Shown here one piece after another: positions 26,407-35,512 of a stretch of 64,000 nucleotides of DNA. The number at the start of each line of letters is the position of its first letter. Within the stretch, counting starts at the first letter, position 1. Source of the stretch: a virus; IMG/VR virus record IMGVR_UViG_3300027769_001114, positions 1 through 64,000 of that record, one strand, 5' to 3'. The position numbers and the translations under genes were made by a program. The notes beneath the pieces were generated by a model. It made no database searches, had not been told where the DNA came from, and saw only the letters and a list, made by a program, of their open reading frames with translations.

Positions 26407-27341
26407 AAGATGTCTACGGTTATGACGAGTACAACGACTCCATCGCCGAGGAACTTCATCACTCGTTGAGAGCCGGCACGAGGCAGTCCGTTGGTGTCGT
26501 TCATCCGTTGCCAGAAGGTGTCCTGTTGTTTGAGCCGAGGTCGATGCGCGAGGAGAACTGGGCCGAGAGTGTAGTTAAGAACGCCCTCAGGGCTGGTGCG
26601 TCAAAGTCGTCGCACGCCGTTGTCTCCTCGGCTGTTGAGACGGAGGAGCCACAGTACGACGAACGACGCATACAGATGCTCAACTTTCAGGGGAGTAAGG
26701 GCAACACCGTGGTATCAGAGGATGGGCAATCGTTCACATTGAACGCCATGCACGGCCATGATATGCACGTGATCGCCTACAACATTATGGGCGCACCGCC
26801 AAGAGAGCCAGATAGACCAAATGGTGGTTACTACATCAACAAGACCGAGGTGACGCAGACACTTGATGCCTTTAGTGGTGGACTAAACCCGGTCGTGAAT
26901 CAAGGTGGACTCGCTATTGTTACCGAATCTTGGCCTGTTGCTTTCCGCGGTAGAGACGGCGGGATGACCGCCGAACAGGGCGAAGAAGGTATCGCCAACA
27001 CGATCAGAGCAGGACAGGGCGGTTCAGTTCGTCCGCATGTATTGACTAGAGAAACCGTCTCAGATAACCTGAACGAAGAACAAGGAGAATATGACATGGA
27101 CGCAAGCACAAGTCTCGTAGTGAGGCGGCTGACCCCGCAGGAATGTGAACTTTTGATGGGCTGGGACTCGGGTTGGACTGAGGTCGGCGTCACTGACAAG
27201 GGTGAACTCGTGCAGATGGCCGACACGCACCGTTACAGGATGTGTGGCAATGGCGTCGTCGCCAATGTTGCCGAGTGGCTCGGTGTTAGGTATCTCGCCG
27301 CTAAGTCGGCGACTGGGGAAGACCCCAAGGACTCGTGGTGA
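26403..27341 (+). CDS. methyltransferase C-terminal part: about 5 TRD-like units plus motifs IX-X
   Basis: VRRLTPQECELLMGW...RYRMCGNGVV; ATGA overlap at 26403. Confidence 0.85.
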   Translation: MKDVYGYDEYNDSIAEELHHSLRAGTRQSVGVVHPLPEGVLLFEPRSMREENWAESVVKNALRAGASKSSHAVVSSAVETEEPQYDERRIQMLNFQGSKGNTVVSEDGQSFTLNAMHGHDMHVIAYNIMGAPPREPDRPNGGYYINKTEVTQTLDAFSGGLNPVVNQGGLAIVTESWPVAFRGRDGGMTAEQGEEGIANTIRAGQGGSVRPHVLTRETVSDNLNEEQGEYDMDASTSLVVRRLTPQECELLMGWDSGWTEVGVTDKGELVQMADTHRYRMCGNGVVANVAEWLGVRYLAAKSATGEDPKDSW

Positions 27342-27538
27342 ACGACGATGTCGTAGCTCGCGCTGAAGAACGCCTCGACAAACTCCTATGGGGGAAGTCG
27401 GAAGACGCCTTCTCGGCGAGGGAACTACTCTTCGTTATTGACCTACCGGCCTTGATCAACGAGGTTAAATCACTTCGTGTTCGGCTTGAAGAGGCGCACG
27501 CAGAAGTCGCCACTCTCAGAACCAACGTCAAGTACTAG
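27335..27538 (+). CDS. small coiled-coil hypothetical protein
   Basis: Overlaps the methyltransferase stop; DLPALINEVKSLR. Confidence 0.6.
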   Translation: MVNDDVVARAEERLDKLLWGKSEDAFSARELLFVIDLPALINEVKSLRVRLEEAHAEVATLRTNVKY

Positions 27539-29724
27539 GAGACGTCAAACCTCAGCCTGCAACGGCAGTTGATGGTCAGATGCGCCGGGGCTGACGGGTC
27601 GCCCGGGAATCTGAGTTCGTACTGTCCGACCTTAAATCCGTCGGCAAGGGGAATCCTGTCGCCTTCAAGCAACCTATGTTCCGAACGAACCTTTGAGTCC
27701 TTGCGCGTTACCCAACGCTTGCCGACTGCGCCAGCCTGCTTCCCGCCGTACCACATGCCTGCGTTGTAAGCGGTCTGTGCCTCGTGTTCGGCGATAGTGC
27801 GCTTCCTTTTGGCGAGAAGGTGTGCGAAAGTAGCAATGATGGCTGCCTTGAGGAGCACGTGACCGTCTTCCTCGTTGTCCTTCATCATTGCGGTGGCAAC
27901 AATGATGGCTGCCGCAATCTCATCCTTAGTGGAGTCGTTTGACTTCTCCATCCTCGCCATTTGTTCGTCCACATATTGGTCAACTTCTTCCTCAGAGGAA
28001 TCCATCGGCATACCGGTGCGTTCGTTGGCGGTCTTCATGGCGTCTTCAACGATGGACTTGACTAACGGCCTGACATCGTCGCGCATCTGCTTGTTCCATA
28101 CGTCAATGTCAAACACTTGCCCAACCTCAAGAGTCCCAACGGCCATTGCCTTCCTTGACTTTGCGCCAGTTGCTTTCTCAAGCACGACGCGTTGTTGACG
28201 CTCAAAGAAACGTTCAAGGTTGCTGTCGAGGATCTCGGCCCACCTATCGGAGTCACCGAGTTCCTTGGTGTCCCAAGAGTCGTCCATGGTGTTATTTGGT
28301 GCTTGCTTGGTCGCCCATGTCCCAACCGAAGACGAAGCCGAGAGTTCAGTGTCGGGAACGATTGCCGACTCTGGCGTATCCATGGTCTCGCCGCCAGCGG
28401 TATTGACCTCACCCTCGGGTGGGAGTTCTTCCTGTGGCATTTCTGCTCCGGGCATAGGTGCGCCAGGCATACCAGGTGCGCCCATAGGTGCCGGGGGCTC
28501 GAGCTTCTTCTCGGTGTTGCCGATCGGAGTCAAGTTCGGGTTGGCAAGCATTGAGTCAGCCAACTCTGAGTCAACTTTCTTCCTGCCTGTGCCGATGCGA
28601 TATTCGTTTGCCGTGATGAGACCGGAGCCGAACTCCTGCATGAGGTAACGTTCGGCTTCGTTCTTGGCCATCTGCAATACCGGCACACCCGAAACATCAA
28701 AGTCAAAGTAGAGGTCGGGGTGAAGGGCATCCATGCCTCTGGCCAACATCTCAAGGTGCTGTGGCATCGTCTCAAGCCAGAACACCCTGGTCTCTTCAAC
28801 GGCGTTGGAGAAGGTGCGTCCTGCGGCATTACCAATAACAGACTCGGGTACACCGAAGGCCGACAGGATCTCTTCTTTGGAGATCTGCCTCATCTCAATG
28901 TAGGACGCCTCGCGCGGTGACGCTCCTGTGTCAACGTAGTCCACCCCGTCGGATGAAGCGACGACCGATGTTGCGCCAGCTCGACCGATGTTCCCGCGGA
29001 ATCGTGACCTGAGTTCGTCCTTGTCGTCTTCGTCCATTTCGCCCTTGACGACCAACAGACCGCCTGGCCTTCCGTCGTTCACGAGAAAGTTCCTGTTATA
29101 GAACTTCGCTAGCGACTCAAGTTCAACGGCAATGCCAGCTGCCTCAAGTGGAGTCATGGAGAGATACGGGTCAAGTGGGTGCGGATGCTTGAACCAGAGG
29201 ACATCCTCAGGCTTGACATACTGAACCGACATATTGGGAAGCCTGACCTCAAAGGAGGACACGAACTTTCTTGGGTCGGGAATCGGAGATGTGAACTGCG
29301 GGGGGAGTAGGTGGAGGGCGATTGGGTTACCGCCTCGTCCTCTTACGATCTCAACGAACGCACCCCTGGTTGAGGTGAGGAGTTGGGCAGAAAGTCTGTA
29401 CCTGAAAGCGAAGGAGTCTTCGCCCACATTTGCGCGCATATTCAGGATGTCAAGAATGGCAGCGTCTTTGACTACTTCGCCACCCGGCTTGTTGTCTTTG
29501 TGGCCCATGATTGGCAGGCGTGCTTGGTTACCTGCGATTGCGTCAATACAACGGTAAACCCAGGTGACCTTCTTGACGCCGTCTCGATAGACCCTCTCAA
29601 TATCCCACGAGTCGTGGTAGCCACGAACGGCGTAAGAAGGGTTGGTTGAGATCGGCGCACCAGGCGGGATGACCTTCGTTGAGTCGTTGGACAGGGACTT
29701 ATTTCCGCCGGTATTCCAGGCCAT
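27535..29724 (-). CDS. HK97-type portal protein fused to a C-terminal MuF/SPP1 gp7 head-morphogenesis domain
   Basis: WVYRCIDAIA, NFLVNDGRPGG, EILSAFGVP, GLITANEYR; C-terminal KRWVTRKDSKVRSEH..FPGDP..INCRC. Confidence 0.92.
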   Translation of the reverse strand: MAWNTGGNKSLSNDSTKVIPPGAPISTNPSYAVRGYHDSWDIERVYRDGVKKVTWVYRCIDAIAGNQARLPIMGHKDNKPGGEVVKDAAILDILNMRANVGEDSFAFRYRLSAQLLTSTRGAFVEIVRGRGGNPIALHLLPPQFTSPIPDPRKFVSSFEVRLPNMSVQYVKPEDVLWFKHPHPLDPYLSMTPLEAAGIAVELESLAKFYNRNFLVNDGRPGGLLVVKGEMDEDDKDELRSRFRGNIGRAGATSVVASSDGVDYVDTGASPREASYIEMRQISKEEILSAFGVPESVIGNAAGRTFSNAVEETRVFWLETMPQHLEMLARGMDALHPDLYFDFDVSGVPVLQMAKNEAERYLMQEFGSGLITANEYRIGTGRKKVDSELADSMLANPNLTPIGNTEKKLEPPAPMGAPGMPGAPMPGAEMPQEELPPEGEVNTAGGETMDTPESAIVPDTELSASSSVGTWATKQAPNNTMDDSWDTKELGDSDRWAEILDSNLERFFERQQRVVLEKATGAKSRKAMAVGTLEVGQVFDIDVWNKQMRDDVRPLVKSIVEDAMKTANERTGMPMDSSEEEVDQYVDEQMARMEKSNDSTKDEIAAAIIVATAMMKDNEEDGHVLLKAAIIATFAHLLAKRKRTIAEHEAQTAYNAGMWYGGKQAGAVGKRWVTRKDSKVRSEHRLLEGDRIPLADGFKVGQYELRFPGDPSAPAHLTINCRCRLRFDVS

Positions 29725-29915
29725 TATTCAGCTCCGAGGATCATTGCACCAACAAGCGAGCAGGCACCGATTGACACAAAACCTGCTCCGGTGGAATAGA
29801 AGAAAACCCCGATTGGGGTACACACCACAAAGGATATGAGAAGCATGTAGGCCATAAAACCCCTGCCTCCAATCCCGTCTTTGATCTTTTGTAACACGCG
29901 GCGCGGTAATCTCAC
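29724..29915 (-). CDS. small two-TM membrane protein preceding the portal
   Basis: Two hydrophobic stretches; TAATG coupling to the portal start; start uncertain. Confidence 0.6.
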   Translation of the reverse strand: MRLPRRVLQKIKDGIGGRGFMAYMLLISFVVCTPIGVFFYSTGAGFVSIGACSLVGAMILGAE

Positions 29916-29974
29916 GCTACCACCTTACATTCCTAGGAGATGTGGGTAGGGCAGATACTACTAGACGGAGCGAT

Positions 29975-31285
29975 ATGACCCAGAACTGGGAAGAAATACT
30001 GCGATTCCTGAAACCGAAAGAACCGCCGTACTGTCCTGAGAAATCGTCAGTTCAGCAACAGGTTTTCCTCAGGACAAACGCCATGGAGGCTCTGTTCGGT
30101 GGGGCGGCAGGCGGTGGCAAGTCTTCGGCCCTACTTATGGCCGCAATGCAGTATGTGGATATCCCGGGGTATTCCGCCCTTTTATTCAGGCGCACCCTTC
30201 AAGACCTCACTCTCCCTGGAGCCCTTATGGATCGTTTCAGGGAATGGATCGCACCTCACGACGATGTCAGGTGGAACGCCAACACCTATACCGCAACTTT
30301 CCCCTCGGGGGCAAGGATCGGGTTTGGTTACCTGAACAACAAGGACGACTACCTCCGTTACAAGGGTGTCGAGTTGCAGTTCATTGGCATGGACGAAGTC
30401 ACCGAGATCAGGGAGTCCGACTATCGTTATCTGTTCTCTCGACTCCGTCGCCCATCGTCTGGCCCGTTATCCCAAGTTCCCCTGAGAATGAGGTGCGCCT
30501 CCAACCCCGCTCCAAACTGGGTAAGACAGAGGTTCTTGGTTGAGGGCACATCGCACGGCAGGATCTTCGTTCCGTCAAAACTCACCGACAACCCCGGCAT
30601 TGACCCCGACTCATACCGTAAGGCACTCGCCGAACTTGATCCGATTGAACGGCGCAGGTTAGAGGACGGCGACTGGTGGGTCACCTCCCTTGGCTCAATG
30701 TTTCAGCGACAGGACTTTGTCATTATTGACCCATTTGAGATGCCAGAGTTCTCTACGAGTTCAGCCAGGGTAGTCAGGTTCTGGGACATGGCAGCGACCG
30801 AGCCGTCGTACTCCAACCCCGACCCGGACTGGACCGTGGGTACGTTGATGATGTTTGACAAAGGCATTGCCTGGATTATGGATGTGAAGAGGATTAGGGG
30901 CAAGGGTGAAGCCGTAGAACGCCTCATCGCTCAGACCGCTGCCGACGATGGGCCGACCGTTTCCATCAGAGTTGAGCAGGAGCCAGGATCGGCCGGCAAG
31001 AACCTTCTAGACCAATACGCAAGGTATGTCGTCCCGGGCTACGACTTCATGGGCGTTAGGGCAACTGGCGACAAAGCAACGCGAGCAAGGCCATTTGCGG
31101 CGGCGGTCGCTAACGGTAATGTCAGGGTTCTTGCTGGCTCATGGCTAACCGAGTGGCTTGACGAAATGTCGTCTTTCCCAGAAGCATGCAACCACGACGA
31201 CCAGGTGGACTCCGCCGTGGGTGCTTACACTTTTTTGGCAGGACTTGGACTTCCTCAGCGGAATCGTGTTACGATCATCGTCTAG
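29975..31285 (+). CDS. terL: terminase large subunit
   Basis: GGAAGGGKS (Walker A), IGMDEVT (Walker B), ASNP, FWDMA, HDDQVD. Confidence 0.93.
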   Translation: MTQNWEEILRFLKPKEPPYCPEKSSVQQQVFLRTNAMEALFGGAAGGGKSSALLMAAMQYVDIPGYSALLFRRTLQDLTLPGALMDRFREWIAPHDDVRWNANTYTATFPSGARIGFGYLNNKDDYLRYKGVELQFIGMDEVTEIRESDYRYLFSRLRRPSSGPLSQVPLRMRCASNPAPNWVRQRFLVEGTSHGRIFVPSKLTDNPGIDPDSYRKALAELDPIERRRLEDGDWWVTSLGSMFQRQDFVIIDPFEMPEFSTSSARVVRFWDMAATEPSYSNPDPDWTVGTLMMFDKGIAWIMDVKRIRGKGEAVERLIAQTAADDGPTVSIRVEQEPGSAGKNLLDQYARYVVPGYDFMGVRATGDKATRARPFAAAVANGNVRVLAGSWLTEWLDEMSSFPEACNHDDQVDSAVGAYTFLAGLGLPQRNRVTIIV

Positions 31286-31316
31286 TAAATACACCTAACT
31301 TATTGAAAGAGGAAAA

Positions 31317-31835
31317 ATGTACGACGAGAGCTGGCGCTCCTCTATTGAGGCACTCATTGAACAGGCTCATGAAAAAGCCGAAGAATACGCAGGCGATCAA
31401 GACTCGCTCGCACTACTGATCGCCGACCTGCACGAAGTCAAGGGTCGACTAGCCGATGCGTGGGAATACACTTCGTCTTTGTTGATTGAGATCATGGGTG
31501 AGAACCCTGAGATCGTTTTTGGCAACAAGATGATTGAGAAGAAAGTCGGCGCACCGAGGAAGTCGTGGAGGCACGACGAACTCGCAAACGAGGTTGCAAC
31601 CAGGATTGTTGCATCGTCCATTGACATGGATACGGGCGAGGTCATGAAGAGCACCGAGCAGATGATGCTTGAGATGCTGTCTTATGGCGCAGTCTCGTAT
31701 TGGCGGGTCAAGAACCTGTCAAAGATCGGTCTCGTGGCCGACGAATACTGCGATGTCGGCGAGCCCAAGACATCGTTAGTAGTACGCAATATGGGCGTCG
31801 CTTTTTCACAAGAAGAACAATCAACGGAGGAATGA
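31317..31835 (+). CDS. hypothetical protein
   Basis: GAGG SD; 172-aa ORF in the operon. Confidence 0.75.
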   Translation: MYDESWRSSIEALIEQAHEKAEEYAGDQDSLALLIADLHEVKGRLADAWEYTSSLLIEIMGENPEIVFGNKMIEKKVGAPRKSWRHDELANEVATRIVASSIDMDTGEVMKSTEQMMLEMLSYGAVSYWRVKNLSKIGLVADEYCDVGEPKTSLVVRNMGVAFSQEEQSTEE

Positions 31836-31837
31836 AC

Positions 31838-32542
31838 ATGAACAATAACGAACTTTACCTAGCCCTATCCGACCCATTTCCGGTCGAGATGGAACGAACG
31901 GTCAACAAGAGCGGTCGGGCACTGACCTATCTTCCCATCGCCGAAGTCATCAACAAGATGAACAAGGTGATTGGGATTGGCAACTGGTCTAGCGAGGTCG
32001 TCAGCATTGGCCGCGATGCACTTGACCCCGACTGGGTGATCGCTCATGTCCGTGTCAGCATCACCGTGCCTAGCAATCAGACGAATGAGAAGGTTCACGC
32101 AACTTACGACGGTGTCGGCGGACAGGCGGTCAAACGCAAGAAGACTGGCGAGATCCTCGACCTTGGCGACGAGTTCAAGGGCGCAGTCTCCGACGCACTC
32201 AAGAAAGCACTACAGCAGATTGGCCTCGGTCTCTACCTCGCACGTACAGACGACGCAATCTATGCCGACGAGGCGTACGAAACCCCGGTCGCACCAGTTG
32301 TTGAAAAGCCCGCCAAACAGGCTGCTGAGAAAACGGACGAGGACAAGATGTGGGATGCTTTTGACGAACACATCTCCGCCATGGACAAGGGTGAGAAGGC
32401 CGCACTTGGAGAGTGGTGGCAGAACACCTACCCAGGCGAGCCAAAGCCAAAGCGTGGTGGCTCAACCACAAAGGCGCAACTCAAAGCCTGTGTCGCCGAG
32501 ATCCTCAGGATCAAACTTGGCGCAACAACGAAGGAAGACTAA
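31838..32542 (+). CDS. Rad52/Rad22-like (Sak) single-strand annealing protein
   Basis: LTYLPIAEVINKMNKVIGIGNW...KGAVSDALKKALQQIGLGLYL. Confidence 0.85.
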   Translation: MNNNELYLALSDPFPVEMERTVNKSGRALTYLPIAEVINKMNKVIGIGNWSSEVVSIGRDALDPDWVIAHVRVSITVPSNQTNEKVHATYDGVGGQAVKRKKTGEILDLGDEFKGAVSDALKKALQQIGLGLYLARTDDAIYADEAYETPVAPVVEKPAKQAAEKTDEDKMWDAFDEHISAMDKGEKAALGEWWQNTYPGEPKPKRGGSTTKAQLKACVAEILRIKLGATTKED

Positions 32543-32545
32543 ACC

Positions 32546-33310
32546 GTGGCGCAGATGCCCGAGAGGCTCTCGCCGTCGTCCATTTCAACATGGCTTCAGT
32601 GTCCGTTGAAGTTCAAGCTCGGGAGGATTGACAAGATCCCCGACGAGCAGACCGAGGCGCAAGCCATCGGGAACATGACGCATGAAGTTCTTGAAGCCCT
32701 ATTCAAGGAAGAGAAGGGCTCACGTACCGTGGCCTTCGCCAGGACAGCCATGGTGCAGATATGGCACGACAAGTGGCAGAAGCACGCTGAGGAAGTTCTG
32801 GGTCTTGGGGCCTATGCGCAGCACATGATGCGATGGAACGCTTGGCAGTGCGTCGAGAACTACTTTGGTCTTGAAGACCCCAATCAGGTAGACCTTGCTG
32901 GGATTGAAGACGAGGTAAGGGGTCATGTTGCTGGCGTGCCGGTTCTTGGTTTCATTGACAGGTGGAGCGTTTCTGACGGAGTCGCCACCATCGGCGATTA
33001 CAAGACGGGCAAGGTTTCTAAGCCCCCATACGACCGAGACAAGAAACTTCAACTCATGGTCTACGCCGATCTTGTTGAGGAGAATAAGGGCTTCCCGGTG
33101 GGCTCGTCGGAACTCATCTACCTGAAGGGCAAGGGGACTCGGGTAGTGTATGAAGCAACCGAACAACTCAGGGCCGAGACCAGGGAGACAGTTGCCAGGG
33201 TCTGGGAAGAACTAAGAGAATCATGCGAAACAGACAACTTCAGCACGAACAGAACAAAGCTCTGCGATTGGTGCTCATACAAGCCGACCTGCCCCGCCTG
33301 GGAGCGATGA
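32546..33310 (+). CDS. PD-(D/E)XK RecB-family/Cas4-like exonuclease
   Basis: LSPSS..QCP, GFIDR, DYKTG, QLMVY, CDWC..C. Confidence 0.9.
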   Translation: MAQMPERLSPSSISTWLQCPLKFKLGRIDKIPDEQTEAQAIGNMTHEVLEALFKEEKGSRTVAFARTAMVQIWHDKWQKHAEEVLGLGAYAQHMMRWNAWQCVENYFGLEDPNQVDLAGIEDEVRGHVAGVPVLGFIDRWSVSDGVATIGDYKTGKVSKPPYDRDKKLQLMVYADLVEENKGFPVGSSELIYLKGKGTRVVYEATEQLRAETRETVARVWEELRESCETDNFSTNRTKLCDWCSYKPTCPAWER

Positions 33311-33314
33311 AGCC

Positions 33315-33830
33315 ATGATGCCCGACGATCAGTTTGCAAGACTCGTCGCCGATGATGTTAAGAACAAAGTAACCGATGAGCAAAAGATGTACCTCCGCCT
33401 CCCCGACAACCGGGATAGGTGGATGGTCAATATTCTTGCCCTCCTCAATAATCTTGACCAACAGGTCAAAGAGATTGAAGAACACGAAGAGGACGATCAG
33501 GAGATGTACGGGTCGCTTGGCGATGACGGGATCAGACTGCTGGCCGAGGCGCAGGCTTCTTCGGAGGAACGCAAGAAAAAGGTTCTCCGTTTCCGTTATC
33601 ACGTGGAGAAAAGGCTTGATGAGTGCGAGCGCATCAACATTGCTCACGATGCCGTTGACGACGATGATGCCCCATTGTTACGGAGAGCAATCGAGAAGCA
33701 TAGGGAAATGACCGAGAGTTTTGGCATTGACCCAACGCAGATTGACGAGGCGCTCTGGTCATCCTTGGCTGGTGCTTGGAGATTTTCAGAGATTGACACC
33801 AAAAGGCTCTCGGAAGAACTTGACGATTGA
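33315..33830 (+). CDS. hypothetical helical protein
   Basis: 171-aa ORF in the operon. Confidence 0.7.
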   Translation: MMPDDQFARLVADDVKNKVTDEQKMYLRLPDNRDRWMVNILALLNNLDQQVKEIEEHEEDDQEMYGSLGDDGIRLLAEAQASSEERKKKVLRFRYHVEKRLDECERINIAHDAVDDDDAPLLRRAIEKHREMTESFGIDPTQIDEALWSSLAGAWRFSEIDTKRLSEELDD

Positions 33831-34129
33831 GGAATAGGTCCAAGAAGAAGGAGGAGGAGTACAAACTCCGCCGCCCGCTCGTGGCCAGGTTGCTGTCGGA
33901 ACGACGGTGGTGCGAGGCATGCCCTAAGTTCGCTGCGTACGACGACCTCATGGTCTATATACGCAGACCGTCCGTTGATGTCCACGAACTCGTCAGGCGG
34001 TCGCAGGGCGGGTCAATACTTGACGAGTCAAACCTTATGTGCGTCTGCCGGGAGTGCCATCGCAGGATCGGCAACGAGCCACAACTCGCCTTTGATCTAG
34101 GTCTAGCGAAGCACGCCTACGACTCGTGA
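33827..34129 (+). CDS. HNH endonuclease
   Basis: CEAC...DVHELVRRSQGG...NLMCVCRECH. Confidence 0.8.
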   Translation: MRNRSKKKEEEYKLRRPLVARLLSERRWCEACPKFAAYDDLMVYIRRPSVDVHELVRRSQGGSILDESNLMCVCRECHRRIGNEPQLAFDLGLAKHAYDS

Positions 34130-34722
34130 GGAAGCACTGACCCGATACGAGGGGTGACCCTTGGGGAGTTGCTCCACGCTTTACGCAGTTCTTCACCGTC
34201 AGGTGTGGTGACGTCCCCGCCGTTCAGATACGGGCCGTAACCCCCTGAGACAATAATAATGTCCGCAACACCAAAGAGAACCGTGCTGATTCTTTGTCGA
34301 CGCCAGTTCGGCGATACAAACACCTGTTGAATCCGTGAATCTTCTCTAAACCACTTTATGAACCCTGCCCTGTCTGATGGCTTGAGGCCAGCCTCTACCG
34401 CATCTTTCAGATCAACAACACACCCCGGAGTGAACAGATCGCTGACTATCGCATGGATTGTAACCATGGGGACAGGAGTGCTGTTCTCCTCTAGTGCGTA
34501 CCAAGTTGCTGGAGCACCGTCATACTGATCATCGTTGAGATCAACGGAAAGGTGACCGTCCTCGCATAGGGAGGAGCCTGAAAAGTATTCGGACTTGGTT
34601 GGACACGAATCGGACTCAACAGTTGATGGCTTTGGATGTTCGTCGTTTTGATAGTTGCGAACAAGTGACCATCGTTGATTAAGTGGAGGCCCTTTCCAGA
34701 ACCAGATCATCTTCATTGCCAT
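34117..34722 (-). CDS. putative GNAT-fold acetyltransferase-like protein
   Basis: IQQVFVSPNWRRQRIS resembles GNAT motif A; TAATCT 6 nt before the ATG. Confidence 0.5.
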   Translation of the reverse strand: MAMKMIWFWKGPPLNQRWSLVRNYQNDEHPKPSTVESDSCPTKSEYFSGSSLCEDGHLSVDLNDDQYDGAPATWYALEENSTPVPMVTIHAIVSDLFTPGCVVDLKDAVEAGLKPSDRAGFIKWFREDSRIQQVFVSPNWRRQRISTVLFGVADIIIVSGGYGPYLNGGDVTTPDGEELRKAWSNSPRVTPRIGSVLPHES

Positions 34723-34731
34723 GCGGCAAGA

Positions 34732-35424
34732 TTAGTCGTTCCACCATTCAAGCCATGTCTTGGCTGAAGCGGAAACTGCTTCTTCGTCAGACATGCCAGA
34801 ATAGGCAACCGAGATTGTGACCTTTGCGTCATTTTCGTACCCGGTCCAGTCGCCACTGTGAGCATAAACGAACAACTGAAGTAACTCGTCGGTGTTCATG
34901 ACCGCAACATCTGCGAGGTACGTATTTGCGTTCCACTCAGCCTCATTCCAGCTGTAGTTGATTGCGCGGGCTTTGTCAATAGGCGTTGCCGCGGTGCTCC
35001 GCAGGTCAAGTACGCCGTTGCCGAAATACGGCTGTGTGGACCATGCCCCAATGTTGCCGGCGGCGTCATCTGGGTTTCCAAGCCACATTGTTGGCTTGAG
35101 GTCTTCGTCTGGAACGAAATCCCAGCCACCATCCTCAAAGCCGAACATCCAATCTGTCGGGTTGTCGTAAATGCCGTGCTGTGTCTTGGAGTTCTTGACT
35201 TTAATCGCTGCGAGGGACAGTCGTCGATCGGTTGTCTCAATGTCCACAGTGCCGTTGTCTGTGGTGCCCCAAAGACCGCTAGTTGCGCTGTAAATCTGTT
35301 GTGTAGTAAACCAGATTTTCTCAATCTTGACTCGGAATGGGAAAGACACATTCAGGTAAGAAGTGTCACTGTTCCTGACGGTCCAGTCGTAGTTCACGAT
35401 TGACGGTGCGATGATGCCGGACAT
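34732..35424 (-). CDS. hypothetical protein, probably virion-associated; N-terminus resembles 35513..35866
   Basis: CAGGAG SD; leader nearly identical to the capsid leader; IIAPS..PFRVKI. Confidence 0.7.
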   Translation of the reverse strand: MSGIIAPSIVNYDWTVRNSDTSYLNVSFPFRVKIEKIWFTTQQIYSATSGLWGTTDNGTVDIETTDRRLSLAAIKVKNSKTQHGIYDNPTDWMFGFEDGGWDFVPDEDLKPTMWLGNPDDAAGNIGAWSTQPYFGNGVLDLRSTAATPIDKARAINYSWNEAEWNANTYLADVAVMNTDELLQLFVYAHSGDWTGYENDAKVTISVAYSGMSDEEAVSASAKTWLEWWND

Positions 35425-35461
35425 TTGTTTCTCCTGTGTTGGATTGTTGGGATTTTGACAT

Positions 35462-35496
35462 AAAAAAATCACCCCACCCGTCAAGAGTGGAGTGAT
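35462..35496 (-). terminator. intrinsic terminator after 35513..35866
   Basis: Minus strand: ATCACTCCACTC-TTGAC-GGGTGGGGTGAT-TTTTTT. Confidence 0.8.
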
Positions 35497-35512
35497 CCTT
35501 TCAGAGGTTTAT

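Noticed and set aside
24188-27341. Methyltransferase as a decayed pseudogene
   Set aside because: Catalytic motifs are intact and every break is a clean coupled stop/start at a cassette boundary. This is disfavoured but not fully excluded without reads or relatives.
21763-31285. Inteins or introns in nrdJ, portal or terL
   Set aside because: Sizes and motif spacing are normal, and no splice-junction or homing-endonuclease motifs were noticed.
32546-33310. Cas4-like nuclease as evidence of CRISPR-Cas
   Set aside because: No array or other cas genes were seen, and it sits beside a Rad52-like annealase as a normal recombination pair.
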